Positions 38,076 through 46,597 of a stretch of 64,000 nucleotides of DNA are shown in pieces (position 1 is the first letter of the stretch; each line of letters starts with the position of its first letter). The notes under the pieces were generated by a model, which did no database searches, had not been told where the DNA came from, and saw nothing but the letters and a program-made list of their open reading frames with translations. Both the position numbers and the translations under genes were made by a program. The DNA is from Pyrodictiaceae archaeon (GTDB lineage: Archaea > Thermoproteota > Thermoprotei_A > Sulfolobales > Pyrodictiaceae): positions 996,880-1,060,879 of the forward strand of contig JALVSY010000007.1 in the NCBI GenBank assembly GCA_027036135.1. The letters run 5' to 3'.

Positions 38076-39512
38076 ATGGTGTGTAGCGTCGTGGCTTCTC
38101 AGCGTCCATCCATCGGGGAAGGCGTAGATTTTCTCTTCCGTCCCCGCGGAGTAGCGGTTATTGGTGCCTCTAGGCACCCTGGCAAGGTCGGCTACATGGT
38201 GCTATATAATCTAAAGAACAGCTACCGTGGCCCCATATACCCCGTGAACCCTAACGCCACGGAGATACTTGGGCTAAAAGCCTATCCAAGCGTACTCGAT
38301 GTCCCCGATCCAGTTGAGTTAGCAGTTATAGTTGTTCCTGCGCCCCGTGTACCCGAGGTTATGGACCAGGTTGGGCGCCGCGGCATAAAGACTGCTATTA
38401 TTATTAGTGCTGGTTTCCGCGAAGTAGGCGAGGAAGGCGCTAAGCTCGAGGAGGAGGTTCTCCGGATAGCTAGGCGTTACGGGGTACGCATTTTGGGGCC
38501 TAACTGTCTTGGTGTTTACTCGCCCTCAACTGGTATCAACACTACCTTCTTGGATCCAGAGAAGCAGAGCCTGCCAGGTAATGGGCCAATAGCATTCATT
38601 AGTCAAAGCGGGGCCCTAGGCTCAGCGCTGTTAGATGTTGCAGCTCTACGCGGCCTAGGCATGAGCAAGTTTATTAGTATTGGTAACCGTGCTGACATAG
38701 ACGAGGCAGATCTACTAGCTTATCTAAAGAATGACTATCATACAAAGGTCATAGCAATATACGTTGAGGGCGTAGAGGACGGCCCCGTATTTAGAAAGGC
38801 GCTTGAGGACACTACGCCGGTAAAACCGGTAGTAGTGCTCAAGGCTGGTAAGACGAGCGCGGGTGCTCGGGCAGCAGCTAGCCATACTGGTAGCCTCGCA
38901 GGTAGCTACCAGATCTACAACGCCGTGTTCAAGCAGACAGGTGCGATAGAGGTTCTGCACACAGAAGAGCTCTTCGATGTGGCTCAGGCATTGGCGCTCC
39001 AGCCCCCGATGAGAGGTGACCGCGTAGCAATCATAACGGTTGGTGGTGGCAGCGGCGTCATGGCTACTGACTGGCTCTCTGAGCTAGGCTTCCAGGTACC
39101 ATTGTTTAGTAAGGAGATACAGGAGAAGCTCCGGAAGATACTACTGCCAATAGCTAGCCCGAGAAACCCCGTGGACATAACTGGCTCGGGGACAGAAGAC
39201 CATATGGTGGAGAGCACGCGGATAGCAATAGAGAGCGGCGAGGTAGACGGTATATTCCTAATACCATACTTCAACATAGCAACTATGACCGAGCGACTAG
39301 CAGACCTCATGGAGCCAATAGCCCAGAAAGCAAAGGAGATGGGAATACCCATAGTAGCCTCGGTCACCGGTGGCCAAAAATCCTGGCGCATAGCAAAGCT
39401 CTTCGAGGCGAAAACAGGGATACCAGTATACCCAGGCGAACACAGAGCAGCAAGAGCGCTCTGGGCGCTCAGGCTCTATGGCAGGTGGCTCCAAAGAATA
39501 GGGAAGCTCTAA
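38076..39512 (+). CDS. acdA: Acetate-CoA ligase (ADP-forming) alpha subunit
   Basis: VAVIGAS, GPNCLG, SQSGALG, phospho-His ASHTGSLAG, NPVD. Confidence 0.92.
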   Translation: MVCSVVASQRPSIGEGVDFLFRPRGVAVIGASRHPGKVGYMVLYNLKNSYRGPIYPVNPNATEILGLKAYPSVLDVPDPVELAVIVVPAPRVPEVMDQVGRRGIKTAIIISAGFREVGEEGAKLEEEVLRIARRYGVRILGPNCLGVYSPSTGINTTFLDPEKQSLPGNGPIAFISQSGALGSALLDVAALRGLGMSKFISIGNRADIDEADLLAYLKNDYHTKVIAIYVEGVEDGPVFRKALEDTTPVKPVVVLKAGKTSAGARAAASHTGSLAGSYQIYNAVFKQTGAIEVLHTEELFDVAQALALQPPMRGDRVAIITVGGGSGVMATDWLSELGFQVPLFSKEIQEKLRKILLPIASPRNPVDITGSGTEDHMVESTRIAIESGEVDGIFLIPYFNIATMTERLADLMEPIAQKAKEMGIPIVASVTGGQKSWRIAKLFEAKTGIPVYPGEHRAARALWALRLYGRWLQRIGKL

Positions 39513-39577
39513 CAAGACTTTCTCCGGAAAATACCTTAGCACCATATGGAGACTTGGCCGAGACCTAGGGAGTAATT

Positions 39578-39644
39578 GGGGTCGGGCTCGCCCTCGCTCA
39601 GCACTACCGTTTTTTCAGCAAGGGGTTAGGGAGTCCTCATCCCC
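39578..39644 (-). ncRNA. C/D box guide sRNA
   Basis: Minus strand: GGGG stem, ATGAGGA-ctccctaaccccttg-CTGA...GTGCTGA-gcgagggcgagc-CCGA, CCCC. Confidence 0.78.
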
Positions 39645-39780
39645 TCTTAGGAGCTAGCCGTTTCTCCTCTAAGCGGGGAGGGGAATAAAAGGGGCCTTAA
39701 GCCCGGTTAGAAGGGTAGGGAAGTACACAATAACGTAGAGCCCCTATTCGTATAAACGGTAAGTTGGTGGTGCATGGGCC

Positions 39781-40221
39781 TTGAGTAGACCGGGAGAAAT
39801 ACGTGTAATTGATTATGCTTTTCTCAAACAGCTAGAGGAGTGGGTCAAGGCACAGAAGAAGCTCCTTGAGACGTTCCGGGAAACGGCTGCCAGGGTTGAA
39901 CAGGGGGATAGACTTGATATAATAGTAGCGACTCGTGCTGCTTTCCAGCACATGATAAGGACGATAAAGGCGTTTGATAACTGGCTGCAAGACCCAGTAA
40001 TAATAGCTCATGTCCCTCGGGAGATGTTGTTAGAAGTCTGGAAGGTCATGTACAATGTGCTTAATCAGCTCCTCGAGATAGATATCAAGCATACAAGCGA
40101 TGTACGACAACTACTAGAGGAACTGGCAAAAGAGGGCAAGTTAAACCCCCTGGTAGCTACCGTGAAGCCTGGAGGCGAGGAAGAGGAGTCTCCGAGAAGG
40201 CCGCCAACAATGATGATATAG
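39781..40221 (+). CDS. DUF2153-family crenarchaeal protein
   Basis: DRLDIIVATRAAFQHMIRTIKAFDNWLQDP, LDIKHTS-like motif. Confidence 0.8.
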   Translation: MSRPGEIRVIDYAFLKQLEEWVKAQKKLLETFRETAARVEQGDRLDIIVATRAAFQHMIRTIKAFDNWLQDPVIIAHVPREMLLEVWKVMYNVLNQLLEIDIKHTSDVRQLLEELAKEGKLNPLVATVKPGGEEEESPRRPPTMMI

Positions 40222-40355
40222 TCCGTGTCATTCCTTATTTCTCGATGGAGCTTTGTAAGCTTTGTATTGACTCCTTCTCCCGGAGTCTCTATTATCATTG
40301 CTGTATTTTTAGCAAATATAGTGGGTGGTGAGGGACTCGGTTTAGGTTATTTGGC

Positions 40356-40832
40356 TTGCCTGTGGTGAGTGGTGTGCGCGTTCTCCGTATGCCCCCTAGG
40401 ATAAAGATACTTGAGGCGATGGGTGCTATAGCTGATGGTCGTGTAGAGAAGATAGGCCCTAGGCGCTACCGGGTTGTTAGTAGCGAGGGAGACCGGGTAT
40501 ACAACGTCTACGTTGACCCGGACTCGTTGCTCGTTTTCAGCGACGATAACGGGACAAAGTACCGTGGCTACGTGGGGTACCCGATAATAGCTGTCCTTAT
40601 GCTGGAGGGTATAATTCCCTATGACAAGGAGGTTGCAGAGGCTCTCCGAGGCATACCTTGGAGAAAGCTTAACGAGACGTACAAGCGCTACGCCCTGGTA
40701 GAGAAAGAGGTCAAGCGCATAGCAGTGCAGCGAGGCGTATCAGTTAATAAAATAGATGAGATCGTGGATAGAGCTATGCAGGCCCTACGTGGGCTCAGAC
40801 TACGCCTAGCTCCCTCGATGCCACTAGTCTAG
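40356..40832 (+). CDS. Conserved hypothetical protein
   Basis: PPRIKILEAMGAIADGRV, VVSSEG, SDDNGT, GYPIIAVLM, WRKLN motifs of a widespread uncharacterised family. Confidence 0.75.
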   Translation: MPVVSGVRVLRMPPRIKILEAMGAIADGRVEKIGPRRYRVVSSEGDRVYNVYVDPDSLLVFSDDNGTKYRGYVGYPIIAVLMLEGIIPYDKEVAEALRGIPWRKLNETYKRYALVEKEVKRIAVQRGVSVNKIDEIVDRAMQALRGLRLRLAPSMPLV

Positions 40833-40857
40833 AATGAATAACTCATAGTAGTGGTAA

Positions 40858-41181
40858 ATGTGTATGGGTAGCGAGGAAGAGCTCTGCAGAATAGCTCTCA
40901 CAATAGCGGAGCTGGGCATAGCAGCCCCCGAGTACATAGCGCTAAGACTACGTATGCCAGTCCACCGGGTGCGCTCAGCACTGGGTCTCATGGAGGCCTT
41001 TGGCTGGGTAGAGCGCATAGAGCAAGGTGGCTCGGCTTGCCCTTGCTCGAAGTGCCCGCTGAGAAAAATATGCCCAATTGCTCAGGGCAAGGAGCCAAGT
41101 AGCGGGGTTAAAGTCTACCGTGTAAGGAGAGAGATAATAGAGCATTGTAGGCGCCTCTTATCCGATAACAGAGATAAATAG
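40858..41181 (+). CDS. FeoC-like winged-helix protein with Cys cluster
   Basis: wHTH followed by CPCSKCPLRKIC. Confidence 0.7.
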   Translation: MCMGSEEELCRIALTIAELGIAAPEYIALRLRMPVHRVRSALGLMEAFGWVERIEQGGSACPCSKCPLRKICPIAQGKEPSSGVKVYRVRREIIEHCRRLLSDNRDK

Positions 41182-41271
41182 GTTCCGGGTAGACACATAT
41201 ACACGAGGAAGGAACATATACCCTCGATACAGGGCGTTTTGTTTAGTCTCATTGTTTAGGTGTAGTGTATT

Positions 41272-42172
41272 ATGGATACAACATTGTTAATAAAAACGGC
41301 TTATGCTCAACAAGCAGCGCCTAGCAGCGCCCTAAGCAACATAGGAACTATAATTGCCATCTTCTTTGCACTGCTCATAATATTTATAATATTATTGTAT
41401 AGTATAAGAATCGTGCGTGAATATGAGAGGGCAGTTATCTTCCGACTAGGCAGGGCAATAGGTGCGAAGGGGCCAGGAGTAGTAATAATCGTTCCTCTCA
41501 TAGATCGGGTAACAATTGTTGACCTACGAATACACACAGTTGATGTTCCTCGACAAAGAATCATAACCAAGGATAACGTAGAGGTCTCCGTCGACGCTGT
41601 TGTGTATTACAGAGTAGAAGATCCCTTGAAGGCGGTATTAACTGTAAGGAACTACAATTTAGCAGTAACGATGCTTGGTCAAACAACCCTAAGAGACGTA
41701 ATAGGTAAGAGCGAGCTAGACGACCTCCTTGCACGCAGAGAGGAGATAAACAAGGAGTTACAAAAGATACTAGACGAGCTAACAGATCCATGGGGAATAA
41801 AGGTAACAATGGTCACCATCAAGGAGGTTGTGCTCCCAGAGGGCCTAGTAAGGGCTATGGCGAGACAAGCAGAGGCAGAGAGATGGAGAAGAGCTAAGGT
41901 TATTGAAGCGGAGGGTGAGAGGCAAGCAGCGCGAATACTTGGAGAAGCGGCCAGGGTCTACGAGGAGCACCCGGTAGCTCTTCGTCAGGGTCTACGAGGA
42001 GCACCCGGTAGCTCTTCGTCTAAGAGAGTTGCAGACACTAATAGAGGTAGCTAAGGAGAGAAACATGGTCGTATTCTATCCGATAGGCTTGGGCAAGGAA
42101 CATGCTACCGAGACAGCGCTCGGAATAGTTGGCGGGAAGCTAGCTAGGCAGAAACCACCAGAGGAGCAATGA
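41272..42172 (+). pseudogene. Stomatin/SPFH (band 7) protein with C-terminus frameshifted by a 34-bp tandem duplication
   Basis: EYERAVIFRLGR, TKDNV, AMARQAEAER. Removing one repeat copy restores ALRLRELQTLIEVAKERNMVVFYP...EEQ with stop at 42170-42172. Confidence 0.85.
41952..42019 (+). repeat. Perfect 34-bp tandem duplication
   Basis: CAGGGTCTACGAGGAGCACCCGGTAGCTCTTCGT at 41952-41985 and 41986-42019. Confidence 0.97.
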
Positions 42173-42341
42173 AGCAGGTGCGTCGGCTGGGTAACCGCCC
42201 AGTCATCCCCCAAGACACTAGTTTTTGGCGCGATGCGGGGTCACGCTCCCCGAAAAGATCCCCATTTCCCAGCTACCCTTGTCTCTACCTAGGCAAGGCC
42301 TATAAGTCCTTATTTCCTGGTATTTCCTCGTGCCTAGCACC

Positions 42342-43007
42342 CTATTGCCCAAAACACCTATCGCCGGCATCACCGAGCCCTGGGACTATGAAGCCCTCTT
42401 CATTGAGCACGGGGTCGAGGGCCCCACTATAGATTACGAGATCTACTCTAGCTCTTCTAGCGGCTTCCTCGAGAGCCTCTATTCCCTGCTTGGTAGCTAT
42501 GAGGCTTATGGCCACTATCTTTGCCGGGTCGTACTCGCTTAGCCGCTCAATTATTCTGGACAAAGTACTACCCGTCGCGAGCATCGGGTCAACGAGTATA
42601 ACGTGCCTACCACTCATGTCGCCAATGCTCCAGTACGGCGTCTCCACGTCAAATACTAGTCTCTCGCCTTGCCTCCTACGCTTCTCCTCAACTCTCTTCG
42701 CGGCAATAAAGCCGAGACTAGCTCTCCTGTAGAGCTTCCTAGCCCCGAGCGCCATTGGGAGCGCGGCTCGGAGCACAGCGATAATGACTACGTCCTCGTC
42801 TCTCACACGTGTCGCCTCCGCCTTGGCGCCCAGAGGAGTTAGAACACTGTCCTTGACTAGGGGCAGCTCGCGCGAAGCCTCATAGGCCAGCAGGAACCCG
42901 GCCTCCTCCAGTAGGTCGCAGAACCGAGTAGGTGGTGTATCCCTGTCGCGTAGCTCGAGCAAGATGTTCTGAAGAGCAGGATTAGCTACTACGCTTAGCC
43001 TTGCCAC
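42342..43007 (-). CDS. upp: Uracil phosphoribosyltransferase
   Basis: LRDRDT, VLRAA, LVDPMLATGST, IVPGLGDAGDR. Confidence 0.95.
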   Translation of the reverse strand: MARLSVVANPALQNILLELRDRDTPPTRFCDLLEEAGFLLAYEASRELPLVKDSVLTPLGAKAEATRVRDEDVVIIAVLRAALPMALGARKLYRRASLGFIAAKRVEEKRRRQGERLVFDVETPYWSIGDMSGRHVILVDPMLATGSTLSRIIERLSEYDPAKIVAISLIATKQGIEALEEAARRARVDLVIYSGALDPVLNEEGFIVPGLGDAGDRCFGQ

Positions 43008-43059
43008 GGCCTAGAGCCCAGAGAGTAAGAAGAAGCACTGCCCTAGGGGTCTTTATTCG

Positions 43060-43863
43060 CTATCCCTTGTCCCTGGTTGCACAGATGTACTCATAGTCTC
43101 GTCTGGAGTGACGAGCTAGGTGAACAAGACCCTTCTCAGCGTAGACCCTCGCCTCCTTGGGGAGGTACCTGCACAGCCTCTTCCTATCCTCAATAACTTC
43201 AAGAACCTGGCTCCCCGGCCTAATCTCCAAGACATCTTTGCCACCCAGGGGGTTCCTAGCAGCTCTCGTGCGCAAGGCTTCTCGTGTATTAATATGGGCA
43301 AAAGAGCTAGGCGACAATACCCCTAAGAGCGACGATCCTACTAGTACAGAACAGCGGGAAAACCGTACATAGTCTGACGGACGAACATCGCCCCGAAGAG
43401 CACACATAGCCTCGGCTACGTGCTGCATAACTGGGAGAAAAGAGCTCCTCACAACAAGAACCAGTGTTTCCAAGAACCCGTTACCATGCAGCGGGACGGC
43501 TATGTCGCAGCCACTAAGGTAGCTCATCAAGTTCTTATAAATATTAGGAGGAAGCCACGGCGCATCACCTGGGGCTACAAACACGTAGCTAGCATCAAGC
43601 CCGGCTAGGGATGCGAGAGCATAGCCAGGCCCTTGGCACCTACTGGGCTTGTCGTAGAGACAGCCATCAAGTCCTGCAAGAGCAGTATAGAGCTTGCAAC
43701 GCGCCTCGTCACGAGTAAGGACATACACGAGACGAGCACCGGCTCGGCGCAGAGTACTAGCAACCCTCGTTACAGATGGATAGCCGTCAACGAGAGCTAC
43801 TAGCTTGTCGCCGCCGAAGCGCCTACCTTCACCACCACCTAGCACAACACCAACAATATCCAA
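43060..43863 (-). CDS. mobA: Molybdenum/tungsten cofactor guanylyltransferase-like protein with C-terminal extension
   Basis: VLGGGEGRRFGGDK, GPG, PGDAP, HINT. Confidence 0.75.
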   Translation of the reverse strand: MDIVGVVLGGGEGRRFGGDKLVALVDGYPSVTRVASTLRRAGARLVYVLTRDEARCKLYTALAGLDGCLYDKPSRCQGPGYALASLAGLDASYVFVAPGDAPWLPPNIYKNLMSYLSGCDIAVPLHGNGFLETLVLVVRSSFLPVMQHVAEAMCALRGDVRPSDYVRFSRCSVLVGSSLLGVLSPSSFAHINTREALRTRAARNPLGGKDVLEIRPGSQVLEVIEDRKRLCRYLPKEARVYAEKGLVHLARHSRRDYEYICATRDKG

Positions 43864-44021
43864 GACGGTTACACCATTAAGAACTAGGCAGCGCTCTGCT
43901 CCTGGAGCAATTACGATAATAGGTAGGTATTATAGTGTCTTCTCAGTCTCTTTACTTAGAGAGAATACTAGGGTCTTCCTAGTTCTCTCAACCTGTTTCC
44001 AAAACGTGAGCTAACTTGTAA

Positions 44022-44593
44022 ATGGGGTAAGAAGATCTCGAAGGGGGCTCGCTGATAGCCTCGAACCAGGAGAGGAAGCACTCTTCATGGTTAAGAAGAG
44101 ATTCGTTATCGAGAAGCCGAAGTGGCTAGTCGTAACAGATTAGGCGAATAATAGTGTTTAATGAGAAGGTGCTGGGCAGGTATGAGCTGAAGGCTGTGCC
44201 TTACGAGAAGCTCGAGAAAATAATATATCATGGAGGCGTAGTTGGGTCAGAGTTCTACATAGTGTTTGAGAGCGGCGAGAAACTCGAAATGTCCTGGACG
44301 GATAAGGATGACTCAAAGAAAGTAATAATAGCTGTGTATATAACGCGTTAAGAGAGGTATCGATAAAGCCGCCGACACTTGACAAGAAGAACCTTGCCAG
44401 CGAGGACTGGGTTCTCCATAACCTTAAGGAACTAGTAGCTCGCTCGGCCAGAAGTACTCCTACCTCTATCGCCGAGGATAAGGAGGACTCGGGTATTGAG
44501 CTTTTACGGAAACTAAGAGAACTTAGAGAAGCAGGGATAATAAGCGGGGACGAGTACGAGGCGAAGAGGCAATCCATCCTGGACAAGATATAG
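44022..44593 (+). pseudogene. Bacterial-type PH domain + SHOCT protein, multiply frameshifted
   Basis: Reconstructed ..LEPGEEALFMVKK..KWLVVTD/RRIIVFNEKVLGRYELKAVPYEKL..AVY/NALRE..ELLRKLRELREAGIISGDEYEAKRQSILDKI*; frame changes near 44027, 44047, 44140 and 44340. Confidence 0.75.
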
Positions 44594-44654
44594 GAGACGA
44601 GGGATAGAAAAAGACACGGCCCCAGGCAAAGCATAGCCGCGGGATAGGAGCGAG

Positions 44655-45686
44655 ATGGGTTGCCGAGAAGCCGTTATACGCCTTGATAAGCTAGAGGCTC
44701 CTTACCCGCCTCCTGAGAGCGTCCTAGCAGCTCTTGAGAAAGGGCTCCAGGAACTAAACAAGTACAGCGATGAGGGTCTTGCTGAGGAGCTTCGCTCAGA
44801 GCTAGCTAGTCACCACGGCCTCGAAGAGGACTCGGTAACTCTCCTAGGGAGCCGTGCTACCGCGGTTCTTGCTGTACTAGGCCTCGTGGCTAGGCTCAGG
44901 AAGAGGAGGCCTAGATTAGTGGCGCCGAGCCCGGGTCTCCAAGAGCTACGCAGGCTGCTAGAGAGCCATGCTGATGGCGTCATAGAGGTGGCTCTCGTTG
45001 AGCGGGACGAGTCTTGGCGAATCCCTCTAGACGAGCTACTGGGAGAAATAGGTAGAGCCGACCTAGTGGTGCTAGATAATCCCAGTGATCCCACGGGCTC
45101 ACTCATACTAAGGAGTCTTGGTGAGGCTAGGGACTTGCTAGAGGAGGCGTGTAGGCGAGAAACAATAGTGCTCATGGATGAGAGTTTCTACGAGTTTAGC
45201 GGGTTCAGCATAGCCGACCTCGTCGAGCCTTATCCCTGCCTCATAGTTATGCGGAGCATGGAGCAGGCCTACGCGCTCGCAGGCACCGGGCTAGTGTACC
45301 TCATCTCATCCGACAAGCTAGCCCAGGAACTATCCCGGCTAGTGCCACAGCCCTCTAGGCTATCGCTGCTAGCTGGCCTAGCGGCTCTAAGGAACCAGGG
45401 ATACTATTTCAAAATGGTCGAGAGACTCATAGCTGAGCGGGAGAGGACCCGGCAGCTCCTCCTAGGCCTCAGCGGAGTCTACGCCTACAGGTCTTGGAGC
45501 AGCTTCCTCTTGGTAAGAACGAGTATTGAACGAGTAGCAGAGAAGCTATGCAGCCAAGGAGTAGCGGTAGCGGGGACCACGCTCGGCAATAACTATGCGA
45601 GAATAAGCATCGGGAACCAAGGCGATAACAACTCATTACTAGCAGCACTAACCAGGCTACTCATGGAGGAGTCTAAGTTATCCTAG
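44655..45686 (+). CDS. Class I/II aminotransferase-fold protein (HisC/CobD-like) lacking the PLP lysine
   Basis: RLDKLEAPYPPP, NPSDPTG, DESFYEF, RSMEQAYALAG (canonical RTFSKAYGLAG), RISIG. Confidence 0.8.
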   Translation: MGCREAVIRLDKLEAPYPPPESVLAALEKGLQELNKYSDEGLAEELRSELASHHGLEEDSVTLLGSRATAVLAVLGLVARLRKRRPRLVAPSPGLQELRRLLESHADGVIEVALVERDESWRIPLDELLGEIGRADLVVLDNPSDPTGSLILRSLGEARDLLEEACRRETIVLMDESFYEFSGFSIADLVEPYPCLIVMRSMEQAYALAGTGLVYLISSDKLAQELSRLVPQPSRLSLLAGLAALRNQGYYFKMVERLIAERERTRQLLLGLSGVYAYRSWSSFLLVRTSIERVAEKLCSQGVAVAGTTLGNNYARISIGNQGDNNSLLAALTRLLMEESKLS

Positions 45687-46049
45687 GTAGCCAGCATAGC
45701 GACAAAGGCTAGAGACGATAGAGTACAGTGTATCAACCAATATTCTCGCCAGCTCCTCCTCGCCCTCGGTATTTAGCTTTCCAACCCGTTCAAGCCTAAT
45801 AGCCGCGCCTTGCATAACAGCCTGCAACCTATCAGCAAGATCGCCTAGTACGCAGCGAGGCTCAGAGCTACCATCGCATCCTCTAATGCACTCAGAAGCA
45901 GCGTCTCCGAGGCAATAAGCTGCTTCACGAAGCAAACGGGCAAGCCCAGAGCCCTTCCCGCGCCCCTTACCAATAGCCTCGGACATAGAGCCGAGTATTC
46001 CGAGAACCTCGTCGCAAGCATTACGCAACGGTTCACAATCAGTGTTCAA
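45678..46049 (-). CDS. Hypothetical Cys-rich helical protein
   Basis: 123-aa ORF with seven Cys, co-oriented downstream of the MoaD-like gene. Confidence 0.55.
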   Translation of the reverse strand: MNTDCEPLRNACDEVLGILGSMSEAIGKGRGKGSGLARLLREAAYCLGDAASECIRGCDGSSEPRCVLGDLADRLQAVMQGAAIRLERVGKLNTEGEEELARILVDTLYSIVSSLCRYAGYLG

Positions 46050-46073
46050 GCCCCGGTTACCTCGCCGTGGAGC

Positions 46074-46373
46074 TTAGACAACGAAGAGAGCTCTTGGGGA
46101 GAAAACCACTCTGTCACCATCATGCAGCTCGGTGTTGAGTCCCTTAAGGAACTCTACTCTCCTACCATTAACAGCTATCTCTACAGGATACCTTATCTCT
46201 CCTTTCTCGTCTAGGACACGGTTCTTGAACCCTGACTTAATCTCCCAATCAATATAGTTGATGAGATCCCTTACAGTTGAGCCCCTGGGCAGCTTTACCT
46301 TCTTCTCAAAGCCTCCTATCAGTTCACGAAACTCCTGGAGAAACACGGCTGTGACCTCTATATAGTCACCCAT
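46074..46373 (-). CDS. MoaD/ThiS/SAMP-like beta-grasp protein without C-terminal Gly-Gly
   Basis: STVRDLI, IAVNGRRVEFLKGLNTELHDGDRV; ends FSPRALFVV. Confidence 0.85.
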   Translation of the reverse strand: MGDYIEVTAVFLQEFRELIGGFEKKVKLPRGSTVRDLINYIDWEIKSGFKNRVLDEKGEIRYPVEIAVNGRRVEFLKGLNTELHDGDRVVFSPRALFVV

Positions 46374-46597
46374 GTTGTCCCACCCTCTAGTACCAGGCTC
46401 CATTCCTGCCGAAACCGCGATGAATGTGTTCTAATTCAGCTTGGGCGAGCATTCTCTATACACATATACAAGGGACGAACCTTTGCCCTAATATGTATGC
46501 TGCAAGGCTTTGAGGAATCGAGAGCTAGGCTTGGAACAGATTTGAGAAAAATGAAAATATTGAGCATGGAGCCTTATCCGTTATGTTGCGTAGCTGG

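Noticed and set aside
41952-42019. 34-bp direct repeat as a CRISPR remnant
   Set aside because: No spacer between the copies, it is coding sequence of the stomatin gene, and no cas genes are present
42180-42255. GC hairpins, including a K-turn-like GATGA/CCGA arrangement on the minus strand
   Set aside because: No second box pair or ACA tail; more simply explained as structure between convergent genes
44158-44634. 158-aa minus-strand ORF
   Set aside because: Antisense shadow of the frameshifted PH-SHOCT gene; the plus strand carries the recognisable motifs
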